DNA of 51,633 bases from Octopus bimaculoides (GCF_001194135.2 NC_068983.1:133490347-133541979); one strand, 5' to 3'; positions 23,275 through 37,739 are shown, counted from the stretch's first letter. The notes: a model not told the origin generated them from the sequence alone. Translations and numbers: made by a program.

Positions 23275-23394
23275 TTACTTTGCTCAAACATGGTGTAAAT
23301 GGATAGTATGTTAAAGCTGGTTTTATATTTCGAAATCTTCGCTTAACAAGATGGGTTTTTTTTTTTAAATACGTATTTTTGTTACACACATATC

Positions 23395-23660
23395 TCTTTT
23401 ACTCTTTTACTTGTTTCAGTCATTTGACTGCGGCCATGCTGGGGCACCACCTTTAGTCGAGCAAATCGACCCCAGGACTTATTCTTTGTAAGCCTAGTAC
23501 TTATTCTATCGATNNNNNNNNNNNNNNNNNNNNNNNNNNNNNNNNNNNNNNNNNNNNNNNNNNNNNNNNNNNNNNNNNNNNNNNNNNNNNNNNNNNNNNN
23601 NNNNNNNNNNNNNNNNNNNNNNNNNNNNNNNNNNNNNNNNNNNNNNNNNNNNNNNNNNNN

Positions 23661-23699
<39 letters not shown>

Positions 23700-23830
23700 C
23701 CGTCTACCAAATCCACTCACAAGGCTTTGGTCGGCCCGAGGCTATAGTAGAAGACACTTGCCCAAGGTTCCACGCAGTGGGACTGAACCCGGAACCATGT
23801 GGTTGGTAAGCAAGCTACTTACCACACGGA
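23395..23830 (-). mobile_element. SINE family B, full-length across an N gap
   Basis: Minus head GTGTGGTAAGTAGCTTGCTTACCAACCACATGGTTCCGGGTTCAGTCCC (A/B-box-like), a central CA tract and gap, and the conserved tail. Confidence 0.85.
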
Positions 23831-26178
23831 GTGGGAATCAAACGATCGTAATGAACGATTCGAAATATCAATAGCTTGGTTTCTTTCTTACGCTATAGCT
23901 CTTCTCCACACTATAGCCTAAATCCAAATTTATGCCGCTTTATACCTTTTTAAGTATACGACAGAGTGATATAGGAGCTTAACGTGGTTTGACTTTGACC
24001 CTTAATTCATATAGTAACGGGTTGTACATTATAGCACATCATAAAGCGTGTGTGTGCATGTATGTGTGTATGTAGGTATGCATATGTATGTTTGTGTGTG
24101 TGTAGGTATGCATGTGTATGTATATGTGTGTAGGTATACATGTGCATGTATGTGTGTAGGTATGTGTATGTGTGTCGCATTGATGTTTTTTGTAACTTAA
24201 TCCATTTGGCCAGTGGTACAGCCATAGAAAAACGTTATCTTAATATAATTTTTATCAAGTGAAAGCTTTCTGGAAGCCATCCTTGATACAGATATATCCA
24301 CAGGCGAACCTGGCGCAGAAATGTAACGAACCACTTACTTTGTTCAGCTATTATCTCTATCTACAGTTGTTCCTATTCTTATTGTTGTTGCTTATCCAAG
24401 GCTAGCTGTAAAGAAGCAGATTAATGATCATTTCTTATTTTCAAACTATATAATCCAACTTACTTTCTCATTTGTAAAACGGTAGGAGAGAAGCTTGCAA
24501 ACCTTCATTGTCCCTTTCTTTTTGGTATCTTTCCACAGACAAGTGGAATTTAGTCATTAGAATATTAAGAGTCTTGGCTATAGATAAATCATCGCACTGC
24601 CAGTAACGAGATATGAACAGCTAAGCACTCGTTTTGTCTGCTAAACTATTTACTTTACCTTCTATCCACAGACATTGAAGTGTTTTATTTCTCCTGTTAT
24701 TTTCTTCAATTACGATTCGGACTAAAATCAATTTATCCCTGTTCTTTTTTGTTATACTACTGAAATTTGATGTAATTTGGATAAGGGAAGGGTATAAATT
24801 CTATCAACCATTACATGCAACAGTGCAATTGGAAGCCCTTAGAGTCTGGTTAAAATTTATATTGAACACTCTGTAAAAAAATTTATATTGAATACTTTGT
24901 AAAAAATTATCCTAAAACGGAACAGTCTGATCCACATACATACACACACAGATACACACACACAAGGAAATACACACAAAGACAAACATAAGTGATCGCA
25001 CTCCAGCTGTTAACACAAGCAGAATTTGCATTATATCCAAGGATTTAGACAGATGGTTGGAGTGGGATGAAATGGAAGCAGTTTCTTCTGACCAAGAAAG
25101 TGTACTGAAATTGTATCAGACTTAACTGGTCTTTATTTCAACGAGATGAACTAAAGATAGTGTGCTGTGTCTTAGAGTGTCTATAATCGCAGTATTCTGT
25201 ACATCAAATTCAAATCTTATCTAGGTCAATCATAACTTTTATCCTTTAAGGGCCGACCAAATGGTACCTATCCAGAGTGGTGGATTGGCTGTAAGAGTTG
25301 CAAACTGCCTTTCGTTCTGAATTCAAATCCCATAACTCTTAGTAGACTTGGATGGTAGACTTAGTCTATTGCCCAGTCTTGCACAAACTCTAACAACTTG
25401 GATGCTTTTAGCGAAGCTCACTGTTTTGCAAGCATTCGGCCCAGGTGTCGTTTGAGAAAACCTCCTCCCCTTCCCGCCTTGGGAACTCTATTCCATCCTT
25501 ATATATATATATATAACTTGGTTACAAAACAATTTGTTTCAAGCGTTAAGAGCTAACCACATAGACTGCCAAAAGAAAATTGAAATTTCCAGAAGGCAGA
25601 GAAAGTAATTATCTTTACGAAAGGTGCCATCGCAGTTTCGATCGAAGAATTAGAGGCCTTTTACTCAAAACTCATGGTGTTACTGAAACTACTTTTATAA
25701 GGAAATGCGTGAATTTTGCAACCTTTCATTTTCTTTCTATTATAAACATTATTAGTGATTGGTCAAATCTAATTATCATTATAATGAAGCAAGAAATAGT
25801 AATCACTTCGCGGACTCACTCAGCTGAGCAGTTTTTCAGTCCTTGATTAGAAGAATTTCACTTGAAGAATTTCATTGGAAGAATTTCATCCGAACATTTG
25901 TGACTTCATGATATGTAGCAACCGCAAATTGTTACAATTAAGCTCTCTCCGTGAACAGAAAATGTAGATGCTTGGTCTCTAAACTGATACCAAGATCGGA
26001 AACTGCCGAGGGTTGCCTTTCTTGGGGTCGAGAAACACTGATGCGTATTTCCAAAGGTGCCAATATATTTGTAGGAAAAGAGAGCTTAGAAAGTTTGGTA
26101 AATATAGGGGCTACATCTTGAACGCATTGTTTGGTCATGATTTGAAACGACTGGAAATACATTAACACTTAACATATA

Positions 26179-26668
26179 CAGGCATACCTCGATTCAAGTC
26201 GTTTTGATTTAAGTCATTTTCGATTATACGTCGGTTTTCAAAAATAACATATGGAAAATATAAAAATTAAGTCATTTTACTCGACTTTGCGTCTGTCCGC
26301 CACAAATATTGGAATCGTAAAATCACTAGAAAACTGTTAAAGGTACATAAAATCATGTTACTGTACAATAAATAAGAATAAAAGCNNNNNNNNNNGTTAA
26401 AGGTACATAAAATCATGTTACTGTACAATAAATAAGAATAAAAGCATATAAAATCATATTAAAATACGTACAGTAAATGTTAAGACACACCACCATAAAG
26501 TAGTGTAGCTTAGTCAACGAAATCATGAAATCAGCTGTATTGTCTTATTTATCGGTCTTTCGGAGCTCATATTGCATTGTTGTTGCAACATCTACCGTTA
26601 GGTGTCGTTGTCACTCGTATATAATTACATACGAGTGTGTGTGTGTGTGTGTGTGCGTATTACTCATT

Positions 26669-26739
<71 letters not shown>

Positions 26740-26807
26740 TGGTATGTATGGATATATGTATGTAGATAGAGAAAGTGGGGAGGAAGAAAGAAATGCAGGT
26801 ATGCCAA
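26179..26807. mobile_element. pogo/Tigger-like non-autonomous element
   Basis: TA-CAGGCATACCTCG at 26177-26191 matches a Tigger-type TIR; the partial inverse AGGTATGCC is at ~26797-26805. Confidence 0.45.
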
Positions 26808-27257
26808 TAACCATAAAATATAAATGAATTATTAAAATAATCTCCGCCTCTACTCGAGAGGTTGTGAAGATCACAAGAACCAAGAATTCTTCCAAGCTGA
26901 TATGTCATTAAGAATAAAGACAGGCTTATTGCCTGGAGATCAGAGGACATTCAACGACGCATTTCTGCTTCAATCGGCGTCATCAGCACAATGGCATTTT
27001 TAACTTGTCATCAATATTCAAGGCAGATAAGCATATAAAATAAGAATAAAACACATTTACAGCCTGGTAATCTGCATGACTTAAATAAAAATGAGCTTAG
27101 ATAAATAACTCAGAGTGATCAGTGATATATGCATACGTACGTACACATATACATACTCATATGTGCATATGTAAGTGTATATATATATGTGTGTATATGG
27201 TGCGTTGTATACGGTGTGTTGTGAATTTATGGAAAGAAATACCATAAAACTCAACAA

Positions 27258-27456
27258 TTTTGATAAAAATGGAGAAGAGAAGGTGATATGTAATTAATTC
27301 AATTTAATCTAATCTAATCTAATTAATTAAATTAATTATTTCTATTCAACCATGAATTTGCATGATTTTTTATATCTCTGTACGAAACGATCGTCTGCAT
27401 GAATTAAAATTCTCTTATGTATTTTAACACCATCTCTTCTCCATTTTTATCGAAAA
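27258..27456. repeat. Fold-back (28-29-bp arms) enclosing a hammerhead remnant
   Basis: TTTTGATAAAAATGGAGAAGAGAAGGTG / CACCATCTCTTCTCCATTTTTATCGAAAA, with internal GAAACGATCGTC at 27384-27395. Confidence 0.75.
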
Positions 27457-27540
27457 CACACACACATACACACATACACACATACGCACACACATATATA
27501 CAGATACATACATACTTATATATACACACATACACATACA

Positions 27541-27576
<36 letters not shown>

Positions 27577-29524
27577 NNNNNNNNNNNNNNNNNNNNNNNN
27601 NNNNNNNNNNNNNNNNNNNNNNNNNNNNNNNNNNNNNNNNNNNNNNNNNNNNNNNNNNNNNNNNNNNNNNNNNNNNNNNNNNNNNNNNNNNNNNNNNNNN
27701 NNNNNNNNNNNNNNNNNNNNNNNNNNNNNNNNNNNNNNNNNNNNNNNNNNNNNNNNNNNNNNNNNNNNNNNNNNNNNNNNNNNNNNNNNNNNNNNNNNNN
27801 NNNNNNNNNNNNNNNNNNNNNNNNNNNNNNNNNNNNNNNNNNNNNNNNNNNNNNNNNNNNNNNNNNNNNNNNNNNNNNNNNNNNNNNNNNNNNNNNNNNN
27901 NNNNNNNNNNNNNNNNNNNNNNNNNNNNNNNNNNNNNNNNNNNNNNNNNNNNNNNNNNNNNNNNNNNNNNNNNNNNNNNNNNNNNNNNNNNNNNNNNNNN
28001 NNNNNNNNNNNNNNNNNNNNNNNNNNNNNNNNNNNNNNNNNNNNNNNNNNNNNNNNNNNNNNNNNNNNNNNNNNNNNNNNNNNNNNNNNNNATATATATA
28101 TATATATAAGCGTATAGGTGGTGGGTGGGGGACCATTTTTAGGTTGAATATGCTCTTTGTTTTGAAATGTTATGAAGGTTTGTGAAACAGATCTTTCACT
28201 CAATTTGATGTTTCATTTCGTTTTCTATTTTAGTTTATCCTTCCCTTTAATGGTTACTGAAAATCTATCTGTGTGTATGTGTGTGTGTGTATGTGTGTAT
28301 GTGTGCGTGCTCACGCACGTGTTTGTTTATGCATGTGTGTGCGTGCGCGCACGCGCGTGTTTCTTACTGAAAATTTTCTGATTAGATGAAATCTCTTCAA
28401 AAGAAATTATATTTAGATACAAACACGCACGCACACACAGGCACATACACATACACACACACAGACACGCACACTCATGCGAACACGCATATATGGCAAC
28501 AAACAAGTGCTAAGATTTTAAATACAAATTATGTCAGACATTTACGAGCACTAAAGCAGATCAGAAACTCCGGCTCTTAAACCGCGTTTATTTGTCATAT
28601 CATTTACCACTTAACCCATTAACCCTAAAATAGCTCACTTCATCTCTTACTCTCACTCTTCCTCTACCTTCTTGCTTCCCTCCCTCCTCTCTCTTACTGA
28701 ATTAATACTATACAAATAGTGAATTAGTATGAACAATTGAACCTCATTATTTATTATAGGAGGATCGTAGATATTTTCGTAGTCGTTTAATTATCAAGAG
28801 ATCTCTATTCGTAAATCACCGACACGGATCTTACTGGTGCATTCGATGATATATGGTCACTTGACATATGAGAAATATGGTCCGAAACGGCCGTGTGAAT
28901 CAGTTTTATAACACCTAACCAGGATTAATTCTCGTAAATTCTCTCTTCTCACTGGCATGTGACCATCACATTTCTCTTTTCAACTCCCCTTTTTTTTTCG
29001 CTTGACCACTCACATATTCAATTCATTCTTTTCCTGGGCTCTCTCTTTCTCCTTTACCTTCAACACTGGGTTCGTTTTTTTTTTCACCTTTCGTTCAATC
29101 ATTCTCCTTATCTTTTCATCTCTCCACTTTCCCTTTATACACATGTCTTCTATTTTTGTCTCAGAACCGTACGGCCTTTATTGTTTATTTATATATATTC
29201 GTTCCCACTTACCTGTGTCGTGTTTGTTTTCTTCACCGTCCCCCACTTTGCTCATTATTCCCACATCTTTTTGCTGTCGACGCCACCAAAATGGTTAATA
29301 TTATCGTTAAAGGCGTGAAATTGTAACGATTTCTGGACGATAACTGGCGGGGAAAGATCATGACCATGTCTTGTATTTGAATTTTCTGTTTGTTCCTGTG
29401 TCGTGTTTTAGTTCAATATTTGAATCTTGTGTGTGTGAGTGTGTGTGTGTGTGTGTGTTACTGTGTGCGTTAGTGTGTGTGTGTGTGTTAGTGTGTGTGT
29501 AAGTGTGTGTGTGTNNNNNNNNNN

Positions 29525-29586
<62 letters not shown>

Positions 29587-30319
29587 TGTGTGCTATATGT
29601 ATTTATGTATGCCTGCATATAAATTCGCGTAACGTCATGTTTAACATGTTCTTGTGTGTTCGTGAATGATAAGACCTTTCGCTGCAAGAATAGTCTTGAC
29701 AAAAAATATAGTACGGCAAACTACTTTAGTATCATTTTATAGAGCATATCTCATGTAATTAGTATAGCAGTCGAGTGGCACACGATAAATACGTGTTTCG
29801 AATCTAGCAGACTTTACCTTTCTTTGTGTGTATAATCATACTTTATATTGTTTTCCTATACCGATAGTAGGATACTCAGTTTCTTTCCTCAAATGAACTT
29901 TATTGCTTATATTTATCTTCATTTCAAACTTTTTATCAACAATTTCTGATATATTTTTGCCCCCTTTTGTTTTTACAGTGAAATGTTGCTGAGTCTACTT
30001 ACTTTATAATATTTTTTTTTTTAAATACGTGGACATCGATAATGTGTCATAGCTTTGCTTGCCTGAGGGCTGGCGCGAATCGATTGATTGATTGTGCTAC
30101 AACTTTAAATATTTATAGACCCGCAAGAACTCATTTAACAATATTATATCCTTTTCCTTTGATCGATGCATACTAAATGGTTCTATTTACTATCTCACTT
30201 AGAGATGTCAAAGAAGCTGAGCAGGCAACGATGACAATGGTGTGAAGAAAACAAAATAGTAAGTCTGAAGAACATTTTTTTCTACAAACAACTAAATTAT
30301 TTTTTCCTGAAACTATGCT

Positions 30320-30368
<49 letters not shown>

Positions 30369-31556
30369 TCTCTTTCTTCGTCCCCCTCTCAGTAATTGCC
30401 TCAGTGGGTGAGGGAGGGTGATTATTGAATCGGCTGGAAACTAAGCTGATATTGAAATATTCTCAGTTATCTTAAAATAATGGTCGTGTAAGAAAATAAT
30501 AAATTATTAGCCAAATTTCCACTGAATCACACTCTACCGTCTTAGATAAAGGATGGCTACTTTCGATAATCTAGTACTATAGCGTACACGTGGTTGAAAC
30601 ATCTATCATCATACACTTGCTCGACCACGGTTGACCTGGGGCTAAACAGCAACAAATAAAATCTCAGATAGCGGTTAAAAGCAATTCATTTTACGTATTC
30701 AGTTGATTTTTTTATGGAAATGTATGAATGCCACGTAATCCTATCTCCCATCTTCAGTAGAAGAAATCTGTCCTTCTTCTACACCATGTTTTTGATGTTT
30801 ACCCTCAGGTCATTGCCAATGATCAGAGAGGCTTCAATCACTACCATCCCGGCTTTCTTCGGAGAGTGACTCTAGGAAGTACTAAACTATTCGACGGAAC
30901 CAAGCATATCGAGTGATTAGAAAATTCTTTTGGCTCTCATCAAACCCTGTGTACGACATATTTGGCAAATGTATTTTACAAAAGCCTCGGGACCAAGAAT
31001 CAATGGCACTTCGTCGGACAGACAGGACTAGGAATTAAAAGAACCAACGTTAGTACACTGTATCACGTTTATTTTGTTTGAAGATTATTTTAATGTAGAA
31101 TACTCGGCTACTCACATTACAATACAAAGAGGAATTGAGAGGGCCATACTTCGAGCTATGCCGAGCCTCTATTGATTGAACATTTGAACATTTCTATTGA
31201 TTGAACATTTGAAATATTCTTCGTCAAAACGATGCGTCAATACCGCTTTAAAAGATTTAGTCGAAGTAGACCTGAAGTAGAGGGTGCATATGTTTGATGA
31301 GGTTCCAAATGGCGACAAACGAACTCTAATAAACTTAACTGGTTGACTGACCGAACAATTAGTAATACAATCGATTAAATAATTGGATAAATGGTTGACT
31401 AATTAAATAATAGCAGTAAAAGAAGTGAAACAGAACCAGCGCGTTTCTTTATTATTGGCGTAATGACTCTCCACGGATACAAAATGTTTACTCCTTCTAT
31501 TCATCTATCTTCTCAGCCATTATTCCTGAAAGGGTCGTAGAGGTAGAGTCCCCAGG

Positions 31557-31766
31557 CAGTTTCACGTAAAAGTATGCTTTGCAATGAGCATCAGCAAGGC
31601 ACAGGGACAGTCGTTACAAGTAATTGGCCTAAATCTGACACAGCAGGTCTTTACCCGCGGTCAACTATACGTCGGATTCTCCCCTGTCGGCAGTCCACAC
31701 AATCTCTTCATTTGTGGTAATCCGAGCAACACCAGGAACGTTGTCTACAAAGAAGCCCTGCAATAA
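31557..31766 (+). mobile_element. Helitron PIF1-type helicase C-terminal fragment
   Basis: QFHVKVCFAMSISKAQGQSL..IGLNL...VF.RGQLYV.FS.V....TRNVVYKEAL* is the canonical Helitron RepHel end (FAMTINKSQGQ, HGQLYVA.SRV, T.NVVY.E). Confidence 0.85.
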
Positions 31767-32419
31767 CACTTTTGAACCTACGACCATTACTCTGCCGTTG
31801 CTGGAGTCATTGTAACTTTCTCAATTTTTTAGCCCAACTGCATTCGCCTTCTTCACGTCGCTGGTCACCTCTGCCAGCCAAACTCCCAACCCATGGGTTC
31901 ACCCGCGACACTGATTCTCCAAAATTAGGTTGGGTGTGACTACATATTGTATCCAAAACATTGTAAATGCAGTCGTATTATACTATTTCAGTTGTGTGCA
32001 GAGACCTGATGTGGCGATTTTTTTCCAGCATTTTCCCGTCATTCTTTTCCCTTNNNNNNNNNNNNNNNNNNNNNNNNNNNNNNNNNNNNNNNNNNNNNNN
32101 NNNNNNNNNNNNNNNNNNNNNNNNNNNNNNNNNNNNNNNNNNNNNNNNNNNNNNNNNNNNNNNNNNNNNNNNNNNNNNNNNNNNNNNNNNNNNNNNNNNN
32201 NNNNNNNNNNNNNNNNNNNNNNNNNNNNNNNNNNNNNNNNNNNNNNNNNNNNNNNNNNNNNNNNNNNNNNNNNNNNNNNNNNNNNNNNNNNNNNNNNNNN
32301 NNNNNNNNNNNNNNNNNNNNNNNNNNNNNNNNNNNNNNNNNNNNNNNNNNNNNNNNNNNNNNNNNNNAGACAACACTAATGGGGATTTCTTGTTTTCTTA
32401 TTGTCTTATTTCCTATTTT

Positions 32420-33235
32420 CCATTGTTTTGGTTCAGAGAATGCGGTGTGTATGGAAAGGTAAGCATAAAACACTACGTCTGGAGACAATAAAAAGTTGTC
32501 ATGCAAAGCTGATGAACACGGGCTCTGTAAACGATGCAAGAAGAAGTGGCCGTCCAACCACCGTCTCCACAGCCGACAAAAATAAAAATCAACACGTCAA
32601 GAAACTCGTGAATGTGGACTAATAAGACACACAATACGTACGGTATTGCATAAAGAATTGAATTTTCGTCCGTGGAAACCCCATTACGTGTAGGTGCTAA
32701 AACCTGAAGACTGTGACCGCAGAGTGGAGCCTGAATTGTTTGAAAACATCCTCTGGCGTGACGTGGCTGTATTCCATGTTGATGGTTTCATCAATCGTCA
32801 CAACTGCCATTACTGGGCGTCGGGTGATAAGGATCCAAACATGATGGTTGAGAGGAGGTAAGCTCGACCAAAAGTGACCGTGTGGTGCGGAATGGCGTCA
32901 AGAATCGTCAGTCCATATCTTCTGCGTGGCACAATGAATACGGACCGCTATCTTCAGAACCTCGAAAATTACGTGTGGCCCACGTTGTCTGGCTGGGGTA
33001 ACATAGGTGACCTGATATTCATGCAGGATGGTGCACCACCCAATTTTGCTCTTACTGTGCGTACGTGGTTAGACCAATATTTTCCAGGACGTTGGATGGG
33101 ACGACGCGGACCTCACGAATGGTCTCCAAGAAGCTCAGATCTCACTCCATGTGATTTTTACTTGTCGATTGCACAAAACAGGTGTTCAGGACAAAACCTC
33201 GCACACTGAAGGACTTGGAGACATGGATTCAAATC
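32420..33235 (+). mobile_element. Tc1/mariner transposase remnant with DD41D spacing (rosa/VS-type)
   Basis: TGSVNDARRSGRP, NRHNCHYWA, KVTVWCGM and FMQDGAPP..FPGRWMGRRGP.EW.PRS.DLTPCD; I count 41 residues between the second and third Asp. Confidence 0.85.
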
Positions 33236-33447
33236 GATAAGATTTGAACAAACACCGCGAGGTATTATATCCAACAATGTAAATTTTCAAACAAATCGCC
33301 GCCTTCTGTGCAGTTTTATACTTTCATATAGCACAAGCAGACGCATATATATACATGTATATACGCGAAGAAATTTAGGTAAACATGCTTATATAATATA
33401 TTGAAAAGTTTATGCATTCAGGTAGACACATGTACACATACACAAAT

Positions 33448-33543
<96 letters not shown>

Positions 33544-33659
33544 ATATTACCATGAATGCTCATACGCATATGGTCAGAAATACAAGATAACATTCATATA
33601 TCTAGAATCAGAAGCTACTATTCTCTGACAATTAAGGCGGTGAGCCGGTAGAATTGTTA

Positions 33660-33724
<65 letters not shown>

Positions 33725-33789
33725 TATTATGCCCTGATGCAGTACCAGGTGGTGGCTCNNNNNNNNNNTTATTATTATTATTATTACTA

Positions 33790-34195
33790 TTATTATGCCC
33801 TGATGCAGTACCAGGTGGTGGCTCTCATGGCTTCTGAACTTAACTGATTGGAAGTGTTATCATGTACATTGTTATCATGTACAAAATGGGCTACAGCAAA
33901 TTTTCTGGTCAATACCACAGATTTACTTGTCAGTTGTTTGACCATAACCAGTTGAGCATGCCCCTTGGTGGCTGGGAATATGTACATCTCTGATCACGAG
34001 CAGAAGTAGTGGAGGAGCATCATAGCCATGTTTTGAGAGGAACTCTTTGGAGTTTAGATAATGAACCTCTGGAAACATGGGTGTTTTGTCCAACATCCTT
34101 AAGCAACCCTTATTCAGGGACCTTTTGAGCGGGATGGGCTACTTGACCCGAAGAAAATTCTAACTAGACCCCACCTACAAGGTCATGCACTGTTA
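33790..34195 (-). repeat. Probable interspersed-repeat 3' end with an (AAT)n tail
   Basis: GC-richer block ending in a long (ATT)n tract; single copy here, so the family is not assignable from this window. Confidence 0.4.
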
Positions 34196-34199
34196 ATCC

Positions 34200-34700
34200 C
34201 TCTCAACCCTCGCTATCCTTTTTACTTGAAACTTGCAGAGGATGGTGACCCTCTGACGGTACTCTAGTTGCCGGGCACCCAAACTCGGATCATGCTTAAT
34301 CCAGGACGGCAGCTCAGTCAAAGAAATGAGGTACAGAGCAGTGAGTTTGGCAAACGGTGGCTACACCAGCTCGCTGTCACGGAAACTTAGATGTTGCAGT
34401 CTCAGTACATGTCTGCACATCATTAGCCACGGTAGGCCCAGTCCTCCACTCAGTGGGTATTGTCGACAAATAGAGCGCCCGAGCAGTTAAACGCATCCCT
34501 TCCACATAAAGTAGAAGAGTTGGTGCTCCAGTTCGATCAGATATGAACTATGTAAGACATGATGATCAGGCGGTAATATATAATGGAGGTGACGTCATTC
34601 GCGTATGCTAACATGATGTTCCTACGTGGTAGTTTGCGAGGAATGCTCCCAACATTTCCAATTTCCGCAGTAGTAGCTTTACAGCCTGTACATCTATTAA
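34200..34700 (-). mobile_element. Tx1/L1-clade LINE fragment (post-RT region)
   Basis: LEHQLFYFMWKG..QYPLSGGLGLPWLMMCRHVLRLQHL, homologous to 39960-40120. Confidence 0.75.
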
Positions 34701-34945
34701 CAATTCAATAGAAAAGCCCACGATGCAATGGGATATCTCAAACAGAAGAATTTTCACACACATTACAAAACCCATATAATAAACACCTAAAAACTAAAAC
34801 AACAAAAGTACACCAACAGGAGGAGTCTTTATCTCCCAATCCCCACAAAAATAAGAACACAATGCTGCGTACATCTTAGGAATACGGAGGTGCACTAGGT
34901 ACTGTAGTAGAAACTCGCATGAAACTATCGAAGTAAAATAATATT

Positions 34946-35118
34946 ACAGTTCTATATTTCAGAGACGAGGAACTATGTACATTATTTAAATTTGACGAAT
35001 ATTCGTCCTCATCTTGTTTGTTGTTAACACAACGTTTCGGCTGATATACCCTCCAGCCTTCATCAGGTGTCTTGGGGAAATTTCGAACCTGGGTTCTCAT
35101 TCCTAATGTATTTTTCGA

Positions 35119-35158
<40 letters not shown>

Positions 35159-35245
35159 GTTATTATTTTTATCATTATTAATATATTATTATTGGGGTTA
35201 GTCGCCCACGCTCTTAACCACTACGCCATATGCCCGTGGGCATAT
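34946..35245 (-). mobile_element. SINE family H, copy 3 (intact HHR; B-box region overwritten by (ATT)n)
   Basis: HHR at 35026-35071 with CUGAUGA core; A-box retained; 5' hairpin ATATGCCC-GT-GGGCATAT at 35228-35245. Confidence 0.9.
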
Positions 35246-35996
35246 TATTTTTCTAATTTGGGGTAACTGCGCGTCTGGATGAGTTCACTAACCTGAAGAA
35301 GATTTCTTCCCTATTTCATTCCTCCCTATCTTACACCAGTCTCAGGAGCCTTGAAACAGTCCTCAACGATATCTCGCACTAGCAAAATCATTTAGAAATA
35401 AAACAAAATGAAAGACAAGGATCAAATACAAATTTGATCTGAGCATTTTTTGATGTCAGAATGTCATTAAAGTAAACTATCATAAGCTATCTCTCCAGCG
35501 AAATCAATATTACAATCTAACGTACGCTGTGTTTACAAACATTTCGTAATCCTGTTTATTTCGAAGACCCACCATAACGACGTATGGCAGAGAAGTTGGT
35601 TTAGTACACTCTTATGAGAAACTGTTAGAATCCAGCAGTCGCAATTAAATGTCAGAAATCTTCATGTCTGCATTTCGAGTGCTTCAACCATGGCTGTTGA
35701 TATTTCTTACTCTTCTGCATACATTGCTTGATGTGCTTGTGCTATAATAATCTTCGATTTGACCTTTCACACAAGTTTGTTTTCTATTTTAAAAGAAGCT
35801 TTTATTGCTCTTTCTCTCTTTCTCTCTTTCTTTGTTCAGAACATGCTCAGAAACATACATACATACACATACATACACATACATACACATACATACACAT
35901 ACATTCCATATCCCCCTTCTCTCTCTGTCTCCCTCTCTCTCACTCACTCACTCACTCACTCACTCACTCACTCACTGTTTATAATATTGAGAGGAG

Positions 35997-36067
<71 letters not shown>

Positions 36068-36075
36068 CAGAGGTA

Positions 36076-36122
<47 letters not shown>

Positions 36123-36867
36123 TGGTANNNNNNNNNNNNNNNNNNNNNNNNNNNNNNNNNNNNNNNNNNNNNNNNNNNNNNNNNNNNNNNNNNNNNNNNN
36201 NNNNNNNNNNNNNNNNNNNNNNNNNNNNNNNNNNNNNNNNNNNNNNNNNNNNNNNNNNNNNNNNNNNNNNNNNNNNNNNNNNNNNNNNNNNNNNNNNNNN
36301 NNNNNNNNNNNNNNNNNNNNNNNNNNNNNNNNNNNNNNNNNNNNNNNNNNNNNNNNNNNNNNNNNNNNNNNNNNNNNNNNNNNNNNNNNNNNNNNNNNNN
36401 NNNNNNNNNNNNNNNNNNNNNNNNNNNNNNNNNNNNNNNNNNNNNNNNNNNNNNNNNNNNNNNNNNNAAAGTGGGTGTTAAATGTAACTACTAGTTTAAC
36501 ACCGGGCAGATTCCCCGCCAGCTGGTTATCGGTGCGACAGTCTGCAGTCTTTATATACAATATATTGTTAGCTGGGGTAGCTAACCCCTACAACCCTCTA
36601 GCAGGTTACAGGATTGCGGGAGAGACTCAGTTTCTAGATATGTGGCCCATCCTTAGGCACGAATACCTGCATGTTAGAGCGATAGCCATAGTCCGCTACC
36701 GCTAACAATATACTGTAAACAAAGTAAACATCAGTCACTGATTTGCCACAAGATTTGCAACAAGATGTGCCGACTGGCTTTACTGTTTAGTATAGTTACT
36801 ACCCAATCTCTTCTTGAGATTGTATAGCCAGCTGTTTTGCTTGTGTGTGTGTGTGAGTGTGTGTTTC

Positions 36868-37739
36868 TGATCAATAAGTATCCGAGCTGTTGCGTAGTAA
36901 CGAAGCTAACGCACGCAGAGTGAAGCCGCGCTGGTACAGACTGATCTTCGATTCTGCTGCGAATGGGCACTAATGTTTTAACGTTCTAGCTCACTTTCAC
37001 TGTTTACGGCAGTGCTTGGAAGGAATGTTAATAGCGTGTGATCGTCGCATTGACCATGACAGAGAAAGTTGACCAGAGAATCTGTATCAAATTTTGCCAT
37101 AACCTTGCCGATACCTGCTCTGAGGTCCATGCAAAGTTTTCAGAAAGTTTTCATCGTTCTCGAGACAATCAAGGAGATCTTGTGCAACTGAAACTCGAGT
37201 GTCTTTTTCGTCAGCTGAAAGCGGTTTTGACACACGCGTCTCATACCCAAATTTTCAATGATAATGCACTGAACTGAACCGAAACTAAACTGCACATCTT
37301 CTGATAACTCACGGATTGTGATTCGACGATTTCCTCTCAGCTGCACGCACATCTGCGATGTTTTTTCTCAGTTCTGCTGGTTGCGAGTCTCGCAGAACGT
37401 TCGTCACTATCGACATTTTTTCATCCATCTTGGAAACGTCTGAACAACTCGTACACTTGTGTGTGGCTCATATGCTCCTCTCCATAGACTTAGGGCAACT
37501 TCACGAAAGCCTCTGAGCAGGTATCACCATGACAACTTGCTTTCATGGTCAATGCAACGATCACACGCTACACACGTTCCTTCCAAGAAGTGCTGTAAAC
37601 AGTGGAAGTGAACTAGAACGTTAAACGTTAGTGCGCTTGCACAGCAGAGTCCAAGGTCAACCTGCGCCTAGCGGCTCCACTGTGTGTGGTGTGGCTTCGC
37701 TACTATTACAACAGTCCGGATACTTGTTGATCACACTTC

